In this document: positions 32,848-44,125 of the stretch, piece after piece | How the letters are laid out: every line of letters starts with the position of its first letter | Numbering within the stretch: the first letter of the stretch is position 1 | Position numbers and translations under genes: made by a program | The notes under the pieces: model-generated | Told to the model about the DNA's origin: nothing | The model's input: the letters and a program-made list of their open reading frames with translations, nothing else | Databases searched by the model: none | Origin: a virus | Taxonomy: Duplodnaviria; Caudoviricetes | IMG/VR virus record: IMGVR_UViG_3300042154_002208 | DNA: 64,000 nucleotides | Strand: one strand, 5' to 3'

Positions 32848-34721
32848 TGTCCAATCTAAGAATAGCGGAATTAGATTTTGATACAATAAAATCAAATCTA
32901 AAAGACTTTTTAAAAAATTACGTTGATGACGATGGTGCACCATACTTCACAGACTTTGATTATGAAGGATCTGGATTATCTATTCTGCTGGATGTACTAT
33001 CTTATAATACACACTACAATGCTTATTTAGCAAACATGGTAGTCAATGAGATGTTTTTAGACTCCGCGGTTAAAAGAGCATCGGCAGTTTCTATTGCAAA
33101 GCATTTGGGATATACTCCGATTTCAACACAGGGAGCAAGAGCGTTATTATCATTCGAGGTTGATTCCCCTACAAATAATCCAAACTTTTTAACACTCGAA
33201 AGATTTACCCCATTTACAACTACTATAAATGATAATACTTTAACCTTTGTTAATTTAAATTCTGTAACGATTCAACCCAATGTTGGAACATATACATTTA
33301 CTGATGTAGAAGTTGTAGAGGGGATTCCGTTAGAATACGTATTTACTGTAGATGTTCCTAGTACTGCAGAAAAATATGTGATACCCAATGAAAATTGTGA
33401 CGTTTCATCTATTCAAATTATTGTGCAAAATTCATTATCAGATACAACAACTACGGTTTATTCATTAGCCGAAGATACTTTAAATATTGACGGGACATCT
33501 AATGTTTATTTCTTAGAAGAAAATACATCCGATAGATATCAAATACATTTTGGTGACGGCATCTTAGGTAAAAAATTAAATAGAGGAAATCTTGTTAAAG
33601 TTACCTATTTAATTAGTAATGGTACGCTTGGTAATGTTTCCGGTAATATTTCTCAAGAATTTTTTTGCGGTTCTCAAATTGGCGGGGGTTCAGTTACAGG
33701 TATAATTACGCCTACTTCAAATTCAAGAGGCGGAACTTCTAGAGAAACAATTGAAAGTATTAGATTCAATGCTCCAAAATTTGGGTCTTCACAAAATAGA
33801 GCAGTTACTGCAGACGATTATAAAGTTCTAATATCTAAAAATTATCCGTTGGTTGAATCTATATCGGTTTGGGGCGGCGATGATAACGATCCTCCAAAAT
33901 ATGGTAAAGTTATTATTTCATTAAAACCATATGATGGATATGAGGTAACCCAACAAACTAAAGACGATATTTCAAATTTAGTTTTACAAAGTAAACAAGT
34001 ATTATCTATTGTCCCCGAGTTTATTGAGCCAGATTATTTTTATATTAATTTAGCAGTAAATGTTAAATATAATTCTAAAACTTCTACATTGTCAGCAACC
34101 CAAATTAAAAATTTAGTTGTATCTACAATACAAACGTATTTTAGCAATGACTTGCAAAAATTTGATAAAGATTTTGTTTATTCCAAATTATCAAGAACAA
34201 TTGATGCAGCCGATAATTCAATTGTAGGTAATTTGATGACTGTTAAGCTACAAAAAAGAATAACACCTGTATTAAATTATGATAATCACTATGTGGTAGG
34301 AGATACTGTTAAATTTAAAAACGGAATTGAGCCTGGCAGTTTAGAGACTACTAGATTTGTTGTTTCGCAAAACGGCAATTCGGTTGAAGCTAGGATTAAA
34401 GATGTTCCCAATGATATCGTCCCTAACAGAGTAGGTTCCGGTATACTTAAATTGGTAAATGCCGATACAGATAAAACTATTATAGCAGATTATGGAACTA
34501 TTGATTACAATACAGGGGTAATTTCAATTGATGCTTTACACCCAACAGGATACACAGAAGATAGTACAGATGTTAGATTATCAGTAACCGTGCAAGATTC
34601 ATATTTAGATGTTATGGTCAGTAAAAATGAAATTTTATTATTAGATGATAGTACGTTCAATGGTGCCGCTAATAGATTACAAGGATTAACTGTTAACACG
34701 ATTGCAGTTGTAACCGAATGA
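32847..34721 (+). CDS. gp6: baseplate wedge subunit gp6
   Basis: ELDFDTIK, DYEGSGLSILLDVLSYNTHY, QNRAVTADDY. Confidence 0.92.
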   Translation: MSNLRIAELDFDTIKSNLKDFLKNYVDDDGAPYFTDFDYEGSGLSILLDVLSYNTHYNAYLANMVVNEMFLDSAVKRASAVSIAKHLGYTPISTQGARALLSFEVDSPTNNPNFLTLERFTPFTTTINDNTLTFVNLNSVTIQPNVGTYTFTDVEVVEGIPLEYVFTVDVPSTAEKYVIPNENCDVSSIQIIVQNSLSDTTTTVYSLAEDTLNIDGTSNVYFLEENTSDRYQIHFGDGILGKKLNRGNLVKVTYLISNGTLGNVSGNISQEFFCGSQIGGGSVTGIITPTSNSRGGTSRETIESIRFNAPKFGSSQNRAVTADDYKVLISKNYPLVESISVWGGDDNDPPKYGKVIISLKPYDGYEVTQQTKDDISNLVLQSKQVLSIVPEFIEPDYFYINLAVNVKYNSKTSTLSATQIKNLVVSTIQTYFSNDLQKFDKDFVYSKLSRTIDAADNSIVGNLMTVKLQKRITPVLNYDNHYVVGDTVKFKNGIEPGSLETTRFVVSQNGNSVEARIKDVPNDIVPNRVGSGILKLVNADTDKTIIADYGTIDYNTGVISIDALHPTGYTEDSTDVRLSVTVQDSYLDVMVSKNEILLLDDSTFNGAANRLQGLTVNTIAVVTE

Positions 34722-36508
34722 GCCGAATAACAGAAAAATTATCAAGAATATTTTCAAAGCAGATCCCTGAATTTCTGCGGGTGAGCGAAGCTGAGGCGGC
34801 AACCTATTCAATAGGTTCTACCGTTTCTGGTTCCGATATTGTAACTGTAAACGATAGCATTGATATCGATGTGGGCGATAAATTATCTCATGCTCAAATT
34901 TCTAGTTCAATTTATGTCATAAGTATTTTATCAAGTACTAAAATTCAAATTAGTGCTGTTGCTCCAGTAACATTAACTTCTGTAAAATTAAATTTTGTAA
35001 AAACAAATACTAATTCTAATTTTATAAAATTTTTAGAAGCATATTATAAGTTCTTAGAACAAGATCAACAGCCGCAAGAGCTATTACAAAACGCAAGGCA
35101 ATATGCGGATAGTGAGCAAACAATTGATTCGCTAATTGAGAACTTCTTTAAAAATTATGGTAATGATATTCCTCGTAACATCATTACAGATAAACGTGCG
35201 TTCATTAAACATTTTAAAGATATCCACAAGACAAAAGGAACCGAAGAAGCATACAAATTATTATTTAGAATTATATTCAATGACGAAGCCAGTTTCTTTT
35301 ATCCGGATACAGTAATTTTAAAAGCTTCAGATGGCGTATGGAAAAAAGATTATACTTTAAGAGTTATATCTATAGATAATTCTAATATATTTGATTTTGT
35401 TAATACCAAAATTATAGGGGATATATCGAAAGCAAGTGCAGTTGTAAACAATGTAGTAAAATTTAAACCTGCAGATGGATTTATAACTGACGTATATGAA
35501 TTATCATTAGAAAATATTAAAGGTAATTTTTTAATAGAAAATATTACCGCAACTAAACTAATAGATGCTGTAACAAATACAAAAGAAATTATAAACGCAG
35601 AAATTATACCGCAATTAATTAAGGTGGATATAATTGATGGTGAAAACGGATATAATGCAAACACTAAAATTAGTGTACTTGATGCTAATGTTAAAATAAG
35701 CGGGTTTACAAACACAGGCGGAATTCGAAAAATAAGTATTGTGAATTCTGCGGCATATCTTAATTTAAAACCTGTAATAAATAACGGAGTTATTTTATCC
35801 GGATTAAATATTAATGTATCTTTAAGCGATCCTTTAAATATAGTATCGGGAAATATTACACTTAGTAATACTATTGGTACTTTTACTTCAGATGTTCCCC
35901 ATGGATTATCTAGAGGTAAAACGGCAAACTTAATTTTTTATGGTAATTCTAGTAGTTATATAAATGGTGCTGAGAATGTAATAACCGTTACCACAGTTTT
36001 AGACTCCTCACGATTTAGATTTAATATGGTTGGGCTGTCACCTACCTCGCTTTCTGCAAATTTAAAATACACCCGAGCAGCAAATCTATATAGTAATGTG
36101 GGTGCGGTTTTAGAAAGTGATGGGTATTGGTTAAATAATAGAGGAAAACTTTCTGAATTAATATACGTCCAAGGACCTGCCTTAGATTCCACAAATAAAT
36201 CTAAAATATTCTATCAACCGTATTCATATGTTGTACGAAGTGGGGAATCTATTGATAGTTGGAAAGACATTGCTAAAGCCACAGTTCATCCTGCAGGAAT
36301 GGAGGTGTTCGGTGAAATTTATATTAATAATCAAATTTCAGCAAATGTAGAACCAACGGTTGATAACGAGGTCTGGGATTATTTAGGTATAACCTCGGAT
36401 ATGAGTATACCCCCATTTGATGCCAGTATGACTACTTATTCAAATAGTAGAGTACAAAATTTACCTATATCTACAGATCATGTGTATTACATATTCAATA
36501 TACTGTAA
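34718..36508 (+). CDS. gp7: baseplate wedge subunit (gp7-like)
   Basis: FIKFLEAYY, KTKGTEEAYKLLFR, YQPYSYVV..VHPAGMEVFGE. Confidence 0.75.
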   Translation: MSRITEKLSRIFSKQIPEFLRVSEAEAATYSIGSTVSGSDIVTVNDSIDIDVGDKLSHAQISSSIYVISILSSTKIQISAVAPVTLTSVKLNFVKTNTNSNFIKFLEAYYKFLEQDQQPQELLQNARQYADSEQTIDSLIENFFKNYGNDIPRNIITDKRAFIKHFKDIHKTKGTEEAYKLLFRIIFNDEASFFYPDTVILKASDGVWKKDYTLRVISIDNSNIFDFVNTKIIGDISKASAVVNNVVKFKPADGFITDVYELSLENIKGNFLIENITATKLIDAVTNTKEIINAEIIPQLIKVDIIDGENGYNANTKISVLDANVKISGFTNTGGIRKISIVNSAAYLNLKPVINNGVILSGLNINVSLSDPLNIVSGNITLSNTIGTFTSDVPHGLSRGKTANLIFYGNSSSYINGAENVITVTTVLDSSRFRFNMVGLSPTSLSANLKYTRAANLYSNVGAVLESDGYWLNNRGKLSELIYVQGPALDSTNKSKIFYQPYSYVVRSGESIDSWKDIAKATVHPAGMEVFGEIYINNQISANVEPTVDNEVWDYLGITSDMSIPPFDASMTTYSNSRVQNLPISTDHVYYIFNIL

Positions 36509-36537
36509 TAAATAATTAAAAAATTAATGGAATTATA

Positions 36538-37848
36538 ATGGCGCAAATCATTACAGAAAATTTTAGGGTATTCAACGCTACTCGTTTCGTAGAGTATGTT
36601 GTTGATACCAATAACCTGTATCTTTTTATAGGTAGACCTCAAAGTTGGGATAACGAACCAACGGCACCCACACCAGTAAATGTTCCATATCAAGATACAG
36701 TTTATTGGGCAGATACAGTTGCGCTAAAAAGAATTGTTCCAAATGATTTTAAACAAGTTGTAGAACGTAAGAATTGGTCTGCGGGCATAGTATATTCACA
36801 ATATGACAATGCAAGCTCAACTTTATACGGGTCTAATTTTTATGTACTAACACAAGATAACAATGTTTACAAATGTATATCTAATAATTTTGGGGCAGCT
36901 TCATCTATTAAACCAACCGGAACATCAACAAATATTATAACAACATCCGATAATTATCGTTGGAAGTACTTGTATTCGTTAACTGATACAGACTTATTAA
37001 AGTTTTTAACTAACGATTATATGCCAGTAAATTTAAACTATGATGTATTAAATACTGCAATTAAAGGAACAATTGATAACTTTGTGGTAACAAATATAGG
37101 TAGCAATTATAGTGTTGCTTCTAATATTTCTGTTAATATTTTGGGAGACGGATTAAATGCAAGAATAGGCAATGTAGTTTTATCCGGAGCAAATACAATA
37201 GATCGCATAACACTTAATACGTCAGGATCAGGTTATACATTTGCAAATTTATCAATATTAGATTCGGGAGGTGGGTCTAATGCAACTGCAAGAGCTATTG
37301 TTTCTCCTATAAATGGGCATGGCGCAGATGTGTTAACTGAGTTAGGTGCTAGATATGTAATGATTAATACTAGACTTAATTATGCTGAAGGTGGCGGAGA
37401 TTTTCCTGTAGTAAATGATTATAGACGAATTGGTATAGTAAAAAATCCAATATCAAACGCAACATCTACAATGGCGACAGAGACAACACTTGATGCGACT
37501 ATTACGTTAAATCTTTCAAACGTTACTGGCACATTTGCATTAGATGAATATATTAGAGGCGATAATACCAACTCAAACGCATTTATAGTTAGTGCAAATG
37601 CGAATGTTTCATCCGGAAATGTTACTATTAGATATATCACCCCCATTGAATTATTTGCCGGTAATATTATATTTTCGGCAGGTGAAACAATTCGCGGAGC
37701 AAATTCATTGGCGGTAGGAACTATTAGTACAATAACCCCTGCCGAGGTAAAGAAAAATACTGGTCAAATTTTATATGTGGAAAACCGCGCTAAAATTACA
37801 AGAGCTTCAGACCAAGCAGAAAATATTCATATAGTTATAGAATTCTAA
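36538..37848 (+). CDS. gp8: baseplate wedge subunit gp8
   Basis: YLFIGRPQSW, NFYVLTQDNNVYKCISN, DNYRWKYLY, GQILYVENR. Confidence 0.88.
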   Translation: MAQIITENFRVFNATRFVEYVVDTNNLYLFIGRPQSWDNEPTAPTPVNVPYQDTVYWADTVALKRIVPNDFKQVVERKNWSAGIVYSQYDNASSTLYGSNFYVLTQDNNVYKCISNNFGAASSIKPTGTSTNIITTSDNYRWKYLYSLTDTDLLKFLTNDYMPVNLNYDVLNTAIKGTIDNFVVTNIGSNYSVASNISVNILGDGLNARIGNVVLSGANTIDRITLNTSGSGYTFANLSILDSGGGSNATARAIVSPINGHGADVLTELGARYVMINTRLNYAEGGGDFPVVNDYRRIGIVKNPISNATSTMATETTLDATITLNLSNVTGTFALDEYIRGDNTNSNAFIVSANANVSSGNVTIRYITPIELFAGNIIFSAGETIRGANSLAVGTISTITPAEVKKNTGQILYVENRAKITRASDQAENIHIVIEF

Positions 37849-37860
37849 GGTAAATCAAAA

Positions 37861-40800
37861 ATGGCCGTAAATTTAACAACAAATCCGTATTATGACGATT
37901 TTGACAGCACTAAGAATTTTTATAGAATTCTTTTTAAGCCAGGCACGCCTGTGCAGGCAAGAGAACTTACACAAATTCAAAGTATTTTACAGGATCAGAT
38001 AAAGAAATTTGCAAATCATATTTTTGTAGATGGAAGCAGAATATTAAGTGACGATCCCGTAGCAGTTACTATTAACGATGCCGGCAGAGCAGTTAAATTA
38101 CAAGTAGACGCAAATACCGCAAATTTACAGGTATATTTAAACAAATATGTTTCAGGTACTACTTCTAACATTATTGGTAGAGTAGATTTTGTATTTGATG
38201 AGGATAATCCTGATGTAGGAGACCCACCTACTTTTGTGATGTCTTTAATTAAATCAGAAGGAACAAGTGAATTTAATTCCGGCGAAACTCTATATTTTCA
38301 TAATACAATTGCCGCTGCAAATTCTAAAACTGCAACTGCGCTAACAGTATCTACTGTTTCAGATTCCTACATTGTAGGCACTGCAAGTATAAACGAATAC
38401 TCTGATATAATTACTCTATCTGCATCTGCCGGAACGATTAAAGTAGGTGATCAAATTATTGCATCAAGTTTGGGATCTGATTTATTTGTAGTTGAAGTTA
38501 TTACAAGCACTAGTATTAGAGTTAATAGAAATGTAGGCATTACTGATAGTAACGTTAGTATACAGTTTAAAACAAGAAATACTAGCCCAACATTGATATT
38601 TGGAACTAGTGCCGGCACCTATTATAAAAATGGATTCTTTATACAAACTGCGAAACAAAAAATTGTACCTCAGAAATATACAGCATATCCTACTAAATCT
38701 ATTGTTTTAAGATATCAAGAATATATAGTTGATTACAATGATGATAGCAGTTTGCTTGATCCAGCATTTGGTAGCTCAAATTATTTAGCTCCCGGCGCTG
38801 ATAGATTAAAAATGGAATTAATTTTAGACAGTGTAGATTTAAAAGCTGATAATAAGCCAGACATAACTGGAACATTTTTAGAAATAGGTAGATATAAAAA
38901 TGGTAATTTGGATTTAGTTGAGTCCACCGGGGATTCTAAATATGCAGAACTTGCAAAAACTCTAGCATCAAGAACATATGCAGAATCTGGAAATTACATA
39001 GTTTCCCCGTTTAAATTACAGACAGCAGGCCCATCACCTGACGGACAGGATGAAAAATTTTATGTTACCCCTGGAAGAGCATTCGTTGGTGGATATGATA
39101 TTGCAACTTCTGGAAAAACTGAAATTTCAATACCTAAAGCAACAACAACCGATACTGTAGAAGCACTGAATATAGATACATTTTTTGGAACTTATGTTGT
39201 AATTGAAGCACCTACTTTTGGATTGCCGCAATTAGCAGATTTAGATGGCAAAGATTTCTACGAGTGTCATTCTACAACTAATAGAACTGCAATGAATAAT
39301 TCCACACTTGTGGGATATGTGGTACCTAAACATATGCAGTATGAAACTGGATATGGGGCAAATTCATCTTTTAGATTTTATTGGTATTATTATGAGCAAG
39401 CATCTACAACATTAACTCCTGATAGTATTAGATCTGTTATAGGGGTTCAAAATCCATTCTCAATAAATTATGGCAATAATGGTACTTATGCCAAACCTAC
39501 ATTTTTTGCGAATATACATCCAACGTACGGATTAATTGATAATAGACTAAGATACTATGATGTTGGACAAAATAGAAATGTTTTTAAAATACCAAAAAAT
39601 AATGTTAAGCAAGTATCAAAGAATAAAGTTGTATATTCTCAACTATACCCAAATACTTTAGGTACTGGGGGAATTGTAACTTTAAGTACCGGTTCACCTA
39701 ATAAATTTGTAGGGCCACTGGGATCGTCTTTAACTGACTCAATAAAAAGAGAATATTATACCATGGTAGTACGGGATGCTTACACCCCAGGATATCCTGG
39801 TAATATTTTTGTTCCTATGGAAAACATTACAGCTACATTAGATGGTACAGGCACGCAATTAACTATAAATTTTAATAATATTATATTATCCGGCACTGTT
39901 GATATTATTGCAACTTTAGAAAACGATACTTTACAAAGAAGAACAAAAACATTAGTTGAAAATCAAACATTCAATGCCAACATTCAAATTTCTCAAGTAA
40001 ATTATTCAGTACTAAAATCAGATGTGTATGCATATAAAGGAATTTATAAGATAGGAAGCAATTCCTACGTAGGAAATTATAATTCAGCTACCACTTATTC
40101 TACAAACAATTTAGTTCAATCTAATGGATTAATTTTTAGAGCGAACACTGCAAGTACCGGAGAATCTTTAACAAATATCGCATATTGGGAAAAGGTCAAA
40201 AAAGAATCGCTATTGTCTTATAGTTTAGATACCGGGCAAAGTGATAATTGGTACGATCACGGATCCGTTAGATTCTTGGGAGCACAAAATGATGTGCCAG
40301 GTAATGTATTAATTACTTTTGATTATTTCACGCACTCCGGCACCGGTGCATTAGATGCCGGATCATATCCTGCAAATCTATACACAAGAATCCCTACCTA
40401 TAGATCTGTAATAGATGCTGAAGAATTTAATTTAAGAGATTGTCTAGATTATAGACCACGTAGACAAGATGATACTCCGTTAAGCGTTCAACCGGGATAC
40501 GATGGCAGAACGTCAAATATATTTTATTTTGATTCTCATATTAAACCAAATCCATCAGAAGTACCAGGTACAGAAGCAGATGTGGAATTTTATTTAGGTA
40601 GAGTCGATAGACTCTATTTAAATAATAGAGATGCTAGTGTAAACAAAACTCAAAATAAATTTAGTATTGATTCTGGTATACCTGATTTAAATCCAAAAGC
40701 ACCAAAAGATTTTACGGATAGTACTAGACAATTGATTGCTACATTATATGTGGATCCATATACTGCAAGTTATCAAGATATATTGATAGAATATAATGAT

Positions 40801-41490
40801 GCGCCTCGCTATACTATGAAAGATATTTCTATAATTGATCAAAAATTAACCTCATTAGAAAAACGTGTTAAGAAACAAGGATTAGATATTATTGCTTTAA
40901 ACAATGTGGTGTTTGATAGAAATGGATCTCAAGGAAATATATTATACAAAACAGGAATGCTTGTAGATAATTTTTCAGGATACGGTCCAGGATATGTAAA
41001 GAGCCCCGATTTTACTGCGGCCATAGATACTGCTAGACAAGAATGCCGACCAGCGTTTGCAGCAATAGAACATAATTTGTTTTATGTTACAGATCCGGAT
41101 GTTTCAATATTAAATGATTTAGTCTATATGAATTATACCGAAGAAGAGTTTATTAGTCAAACTATTGCAAGTAGTAGGAATGTGAATCCTAATCCAGATG
41201 GTGTTATTGGAGATAACGCAAGAGCAGTTATATATCCTCCAGTAATTACCGGCGGCGGAGATCTTGCATCATTAGTATATGACAATATCGTGCAGGAAAA
41301 TCAATTAACAGTTCAACAGCAAAATATTACAATCGATCAAACCTCGGGGGTAACAGGTGCAACATCCACAATTGCTGGCGAAACAAACACAGTTACAACT
41401 ATTGTTAAATCATCATCAACCGGTTCTACTGTATCAAGTTCTGGCGGCGGCAAAGGCGGGGATGCAGATACTAGTTATATGGTAGTGTAA
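37861..41490 (+). CDS. large virion structural protein (VrlC/DUF4815-like, N-terminal part)
   Basis: PYYDDF..FYRILFKPG.PVQARELTQIQSILQ; APGADRLK; TGMLVDNF. Confidence 0.8.
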   Translation: MAVNLTTNPYYDDFDSTKNFYRILFKPGTPVQARELTQIQSILQDQIKKFANHIFVDGSRILSDDPVAVTINDAGRAVKLQVDANTANLQVYLNKYVSGTTSNIIGRVDFVFDEDNPDVGDPPTFVMSLIKSEGTSEFNSGETLYFHNTIAAANSKTATALTVSTVSDSYIVGTASINEYSDIITLSASAGTIKVGDQIIASSLGSDLFVVEVITSTSIRVNRNVGITDSNVSIQFKTRNTSPTLIFGTSAGTYYKNGFFIQTAKQKIVPQKYTAYPTKSIVLRYQEYIVDYNDDSSLLDPAFGSSNYLAPGADRLKMELILDSVDLKADNKPDITGTFLEIGRYKNGNLDLVESTGDSKYAELAKTLASRTYAESGNYIVSPFKLQTAGPSPDGQDEKFYVTPGRAFVGGYDIATSGKTEISIPKATTTDTVEALNIDTFFGTYVVIEAPTFGLPQLADLDGKDFYECHSTTNRTAMNNSTLVGYVVPKHMQYETGYGANSSFRFYWYYYEQASTTLTPDSIRSVIGVQNPFSINYGNNGTYAKPTFFANIHPTYGLIDNRLRYYDVGQNRNVFKIPKNNVKQVSKNKVVYSQLYPNTLGTGGIVTLSTGSPNKFVGPLGSSLTDSIKREYYTMVVRDAYTPGYPGNIFVPMENITATLDGTGTQLTINFNNIILSGTVDIIATLENDTLQRRTKTLVENQTFNANIQISQVNYSVLKSDVYAYKGIYKIGSNSYVGNYNSATTYSTNNLVQSNGLIFRANTASTGESLTNIAYWEKVKKESLLSYSLDTGQSDNWYDHGSVRFLGAQNDVPGNVLITFDYFTHSGTGALDAGSYPANLYTRIPTYRSVIDAEEFNLRDCLDYRPRRQDDTPLSVQPGYDGRTSNIFYFDSHIKPNPSEVPGTEADVEFYLGRVDRLYLNNRDASVNKTQNKFSIDSGIPDLNPKAPKDFTDSTRQLIATLYVDPYTASYQDILIEYNDAPRYTMKDISIIDQKLTSLEKRVKKQGLDIIALNNVVFDRNGSQGNILYKTGMLVDNFSGYGPGYVKSPDFTAAIDTARQECRPAFAAIEHNLFYVTDPDVSILNDLVYMNYTEEEFISQTIASSRNVNPNPDGVIGDNARAVIYPPVITGGGDLASLVYDNIVQENQLTVQQQNITIDQTSGVTGATSTIAGETNTVTTIVKSSSTGSTVSSSGGGKGGDADTSYMVV

Positions 41491-41510
41491 TAAATTATTT
41501 AAGGTAAAAA

Positions 41511-42182
41511 ATGGCGAATTTTTTCAAACAATTAGTTAAATCATCTGGCGATGTAAATTCTGCATCCACTGCAGTTGCGATGGTAACCAGTTTGGGCGCA
41601 TCTAAAGATGCTGCTATAGATTTAGCAAAACTTATTCTTAAAGATGAGAATAATAAAAACAGCGCAAATACAAACGGCTTATTGCTAACGGTTCAACGTA
41701 TAAATGTTATTGCTACCGCAGATGCTATAAGAGATTTAAAAATAAATGAAACTGATACGGGCCGGGCGCTTGCAGATACGCTTACTAATAAAAGTGCAGG
41801 CAATGTCGTAGATCAAACGGCAATTGAAAATACTATTAGAAGTATCCCTTCAAATTTTAATACCGCAAATGGAATTGTTGCAAATAGTTTTCAAGTGATT
41901 ATTCCTGAGAAAAAATTCTACAGCAATGTTATTGGGTTTTCTTCAAATGTAAATGCTTTAGATTCTTTTGTTAACTCTACATTAAATAATAATGTGTATG
42001 TTACATCAAATATAACGACATCTTCAGATTATACAATAAATAATGGATACTTAAATTCTTATGTTCAAGTATCTTCTAGAGATTTAGATTTATCCCCGCA
42101 TACGACAGGTGTGCAAGATTTAGCAGAAGAAAATTTAGCAAAATTAAAAACTGCATTTTTAACTAACAACTTTTTAAACTAA
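41511..42182 (+). CDS. hypothetical structural protein
   Basis: 223 aa, Asn/Ser/Thr-rich, SD AAGG. Confidence 0.65.
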   Translation: MANFFKQLVKSSGDVNSASTAVAMVTSLGASKDAAIDLAKLILKDENNKNSANTNGLLLTVQRINVIATADAIRDLKINETDTGRALADTLTNKSAGNVVDQTAIENTIRSIPSNFNTANGIVANSFQVIIPEKKFYSNVIGFSSNVNALDSFVNSTLNNNVYVTSNITTSSDYTINNGYLNSYVQVSSRDLDLSPHTTGVQDLAEENLAKLKTAFLTNNFLN

Positions 42183-42186
42183 AAAA

Positions 42187-43902
42187 ATGAATAATGTAAC
42201 ACGTTTATCCTCTTCTGTTGTTAATTTTGATGTATTTAATTTGCCACCTCACACTAGAATTGCGGTTCAAGTTGGCGGAGTAGATCATAGTTCCATGTGC
42301 GTAAATGATGATGGTACTGCAGGTGATCCATTAATCTCAGATGGTACAGGTAGAATAAAAGGCAAACTTATTTTAAATAAATGGTGGTCTTCTTATACTT
42401 CAGGTGATATACAAATTACGTTTGGTAGCTCAGAGGGGGCAACACAATCATTTGATCCGCCGATTTATGCTATTGCTAATTTGTCTAATAGATTAGATAA
42501 TACATTAACAAGCGGTGGAAAAGTTGTAGCACCTACAAATGCGGCAGGTATACAAGAAGCAACTACCACATTGAGCCCAGTCACTCAAACATTTTTTGTG
42601 CCCGAGAGATATAGTCAAGGAATTGTTGTTACTTCCCTTGAATTATTTTTTGCCACAAAGGATTCAGAATTGCCCGTTTCTGTAGAATTAAGACGTCTTA
42701 TAAATGGATTGCCATCTGCAGGAACCGTTATAACAGATACTACAGTTGTTAAGAATCCTTCAGCTGTGAATGTGCCTGCTAATCCAAATTTTGGCATAGG
42801 GTCTTCCACAAAGTTTTCATTCCCTCCCGTATATTTAGCTCCCGGTGAATATTCTTTTTCTGTTTTGTCAAACTCTCCAAATTATACGTTGTTTGCAGGA
42901 AAACTAGGAGAAACTATTTTAGGTAGTACTTCTATTGTGAGTAAAGAACCATATACGGGAAGACTATTCAAAGCACAAAATACAAATCAATGGTTGGAAG
43001 AAACAAATACTGATCTTTGTTTTAAAATAAACAAAGCAAAATTTGAAACTGGCGTAAAGAGTTTTGAACTGCAGACTGCAGCTATTCCTAGAACAGAATT
43101 TGATAATATCTTTTTAGATACTGCACAATATAATTTCGGAGATTTAACAAAGATAGATTACGAAGTTAAGGGGATTCGTTGGTCAGATAATGTCCAGCAA
43201 TCATATGCAGCATTCAAAGAAAAGACTCCTTTTAAACTTATTGCTAGATGGGTAACGGAAAATGTAGGTGATTCCAAAGTACAAGTTACATTTACAAATA
43301 ATTCTACAGATGTCTCCCCTGCAATAGATAAAGCAAGAACTAAACTATACTCATTTAAAAATTTAATTGATCCGTTTGAGGTAGATACACGGGCTTCAGA
43401 ATTGCAATATAATAATGGAGTTGCTCAATCTAAATATATTAGTAAGATTGTTACGTTGGAGGATGGATTTGATTCTACAGGATTGGAAGTTAAATTAGAC
43501 GTTAATAGGAAAACAGGTACAGATATAGATGTATTTTGTAGGGTAATTAGTTCTGCAGATAACGGAATAGATGCTTCAATAGAAAAGAAAAATTGGAGAT
43601 TGTTGCCATTCTTTAATCAAACGGCAAATGCTATTAATCAAAGTAGTATTAGCGGAAATATTGGTAAAAAATATGTTGCCGGCTCTGAAACAGAGTTTAT
43701 TACTGAAACATATAAGATTTTAGAAGGCGACTCTTTGGTAACAACCGGTACTCCTAATTTATCATATACTTCAAATGTTGGGGTAGGAGCAGCTACAACA
43801 TTTACATCCTTTAACAAGTTTCAAGTCAAGGTTGTATTTTATGCAGAAAATACTACAATTGTGCCAAAAATTAAAAACTTAATAGCAACTGCGGTTATTT
43901 AA
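42187..43902 (+). CDS. virion structural protein (DUF4815-like C-terminal part)
   Basis: PVTQTFFV..VTSLELFFATKDSELPVSVELR..GRLFKAQN..DLCFKINKAKF. Confidence 0.75.
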   Translation: MNNVTRLSSSVVNFDVFNLPPHTRIAVQVGGVDHSSMCVNDDGTAGDPLISDGTGRIKGKLILNKWWSSYTSGDIQITFGSSEGATQSFDPPIYAIANLSNRLDNTLTSGGKVVAPTNAAGIQEATTTLSPVTQTFFVPERYSQGIVVTSLELFFATKDSELPVSVELRRLINGLPSAGTVITDTTVVKNPSAVNVPANPNFGIGSSTKFSFPPVYLAPGEYSFSVLSNSPNYTLFAGKLGETILGSTSIVSKEPYTGRLFKAQNTNQWLEETNTDLCFKINKAKFETGVKSFELQTAAIPRTEFDNIFLDTAQYNFGDLTKIDYEVKGIRWSDNVQQSYAAFKEKTPFKLIARWVTENVGDSKVQVTFTNNSTDVSPAIDKARTKLYSFKNLIDPFEVDTRASELQYNNGVAQSKYISKIVTLEDGFDSTGLEVKLDVNRKTGTDIDVFCRVISSADNGIDASIEKKNWRLLPFFNQTANAINQSSISGNIGKKYVAGSETEFITETYKILEGDSLVTTGTPNLSYTSNVGVGAATTFTSFNKFQVKVVFYAENTTIVPKIKNLIATAVI

Positions 43903-43903
43903 A

Positions 43904-44125
43904 ATGTATGTAAAATTAGAAAATGAAAATAGTTTTGTAAAAAACATAGAAAATCTTGCATTGATTAATCGTGATATTGCAGGATTGAAAGAGTATAGAA
44001 ATAAAAAAGAAACAACTACCAAAATGATGCACATCTCAGATGAAATAAATAATATGAAATCGGAAATTACCGAGATAAAATCATTGCTTCAACAATTGGT
44101 AAATAATTCTCAGTCGGGAAAATAA
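43904..44125 (+). CDS. small coiled-coil hypothetical protein
   Basis: 73 aa; INNMKSEITEIKSLLQQL pattern. Confidence 0.7.
   Translation: MYVKLENENSFVKNIENLALINRDIAGLKEYRNKKETTTKMMHISDEINNMKSEITEIKSLLQQLVNNSQSGK

Noticed and set aside
42173-42179. Classic slippery heptamer U UUA AAC just before the stop of ORF 41511-42182
   Set aside because: The -1 frame hits TGA at 42188-42190, and the downstream ORF (42187) is in the +1 frame, so a -1 shift would not fuse them.
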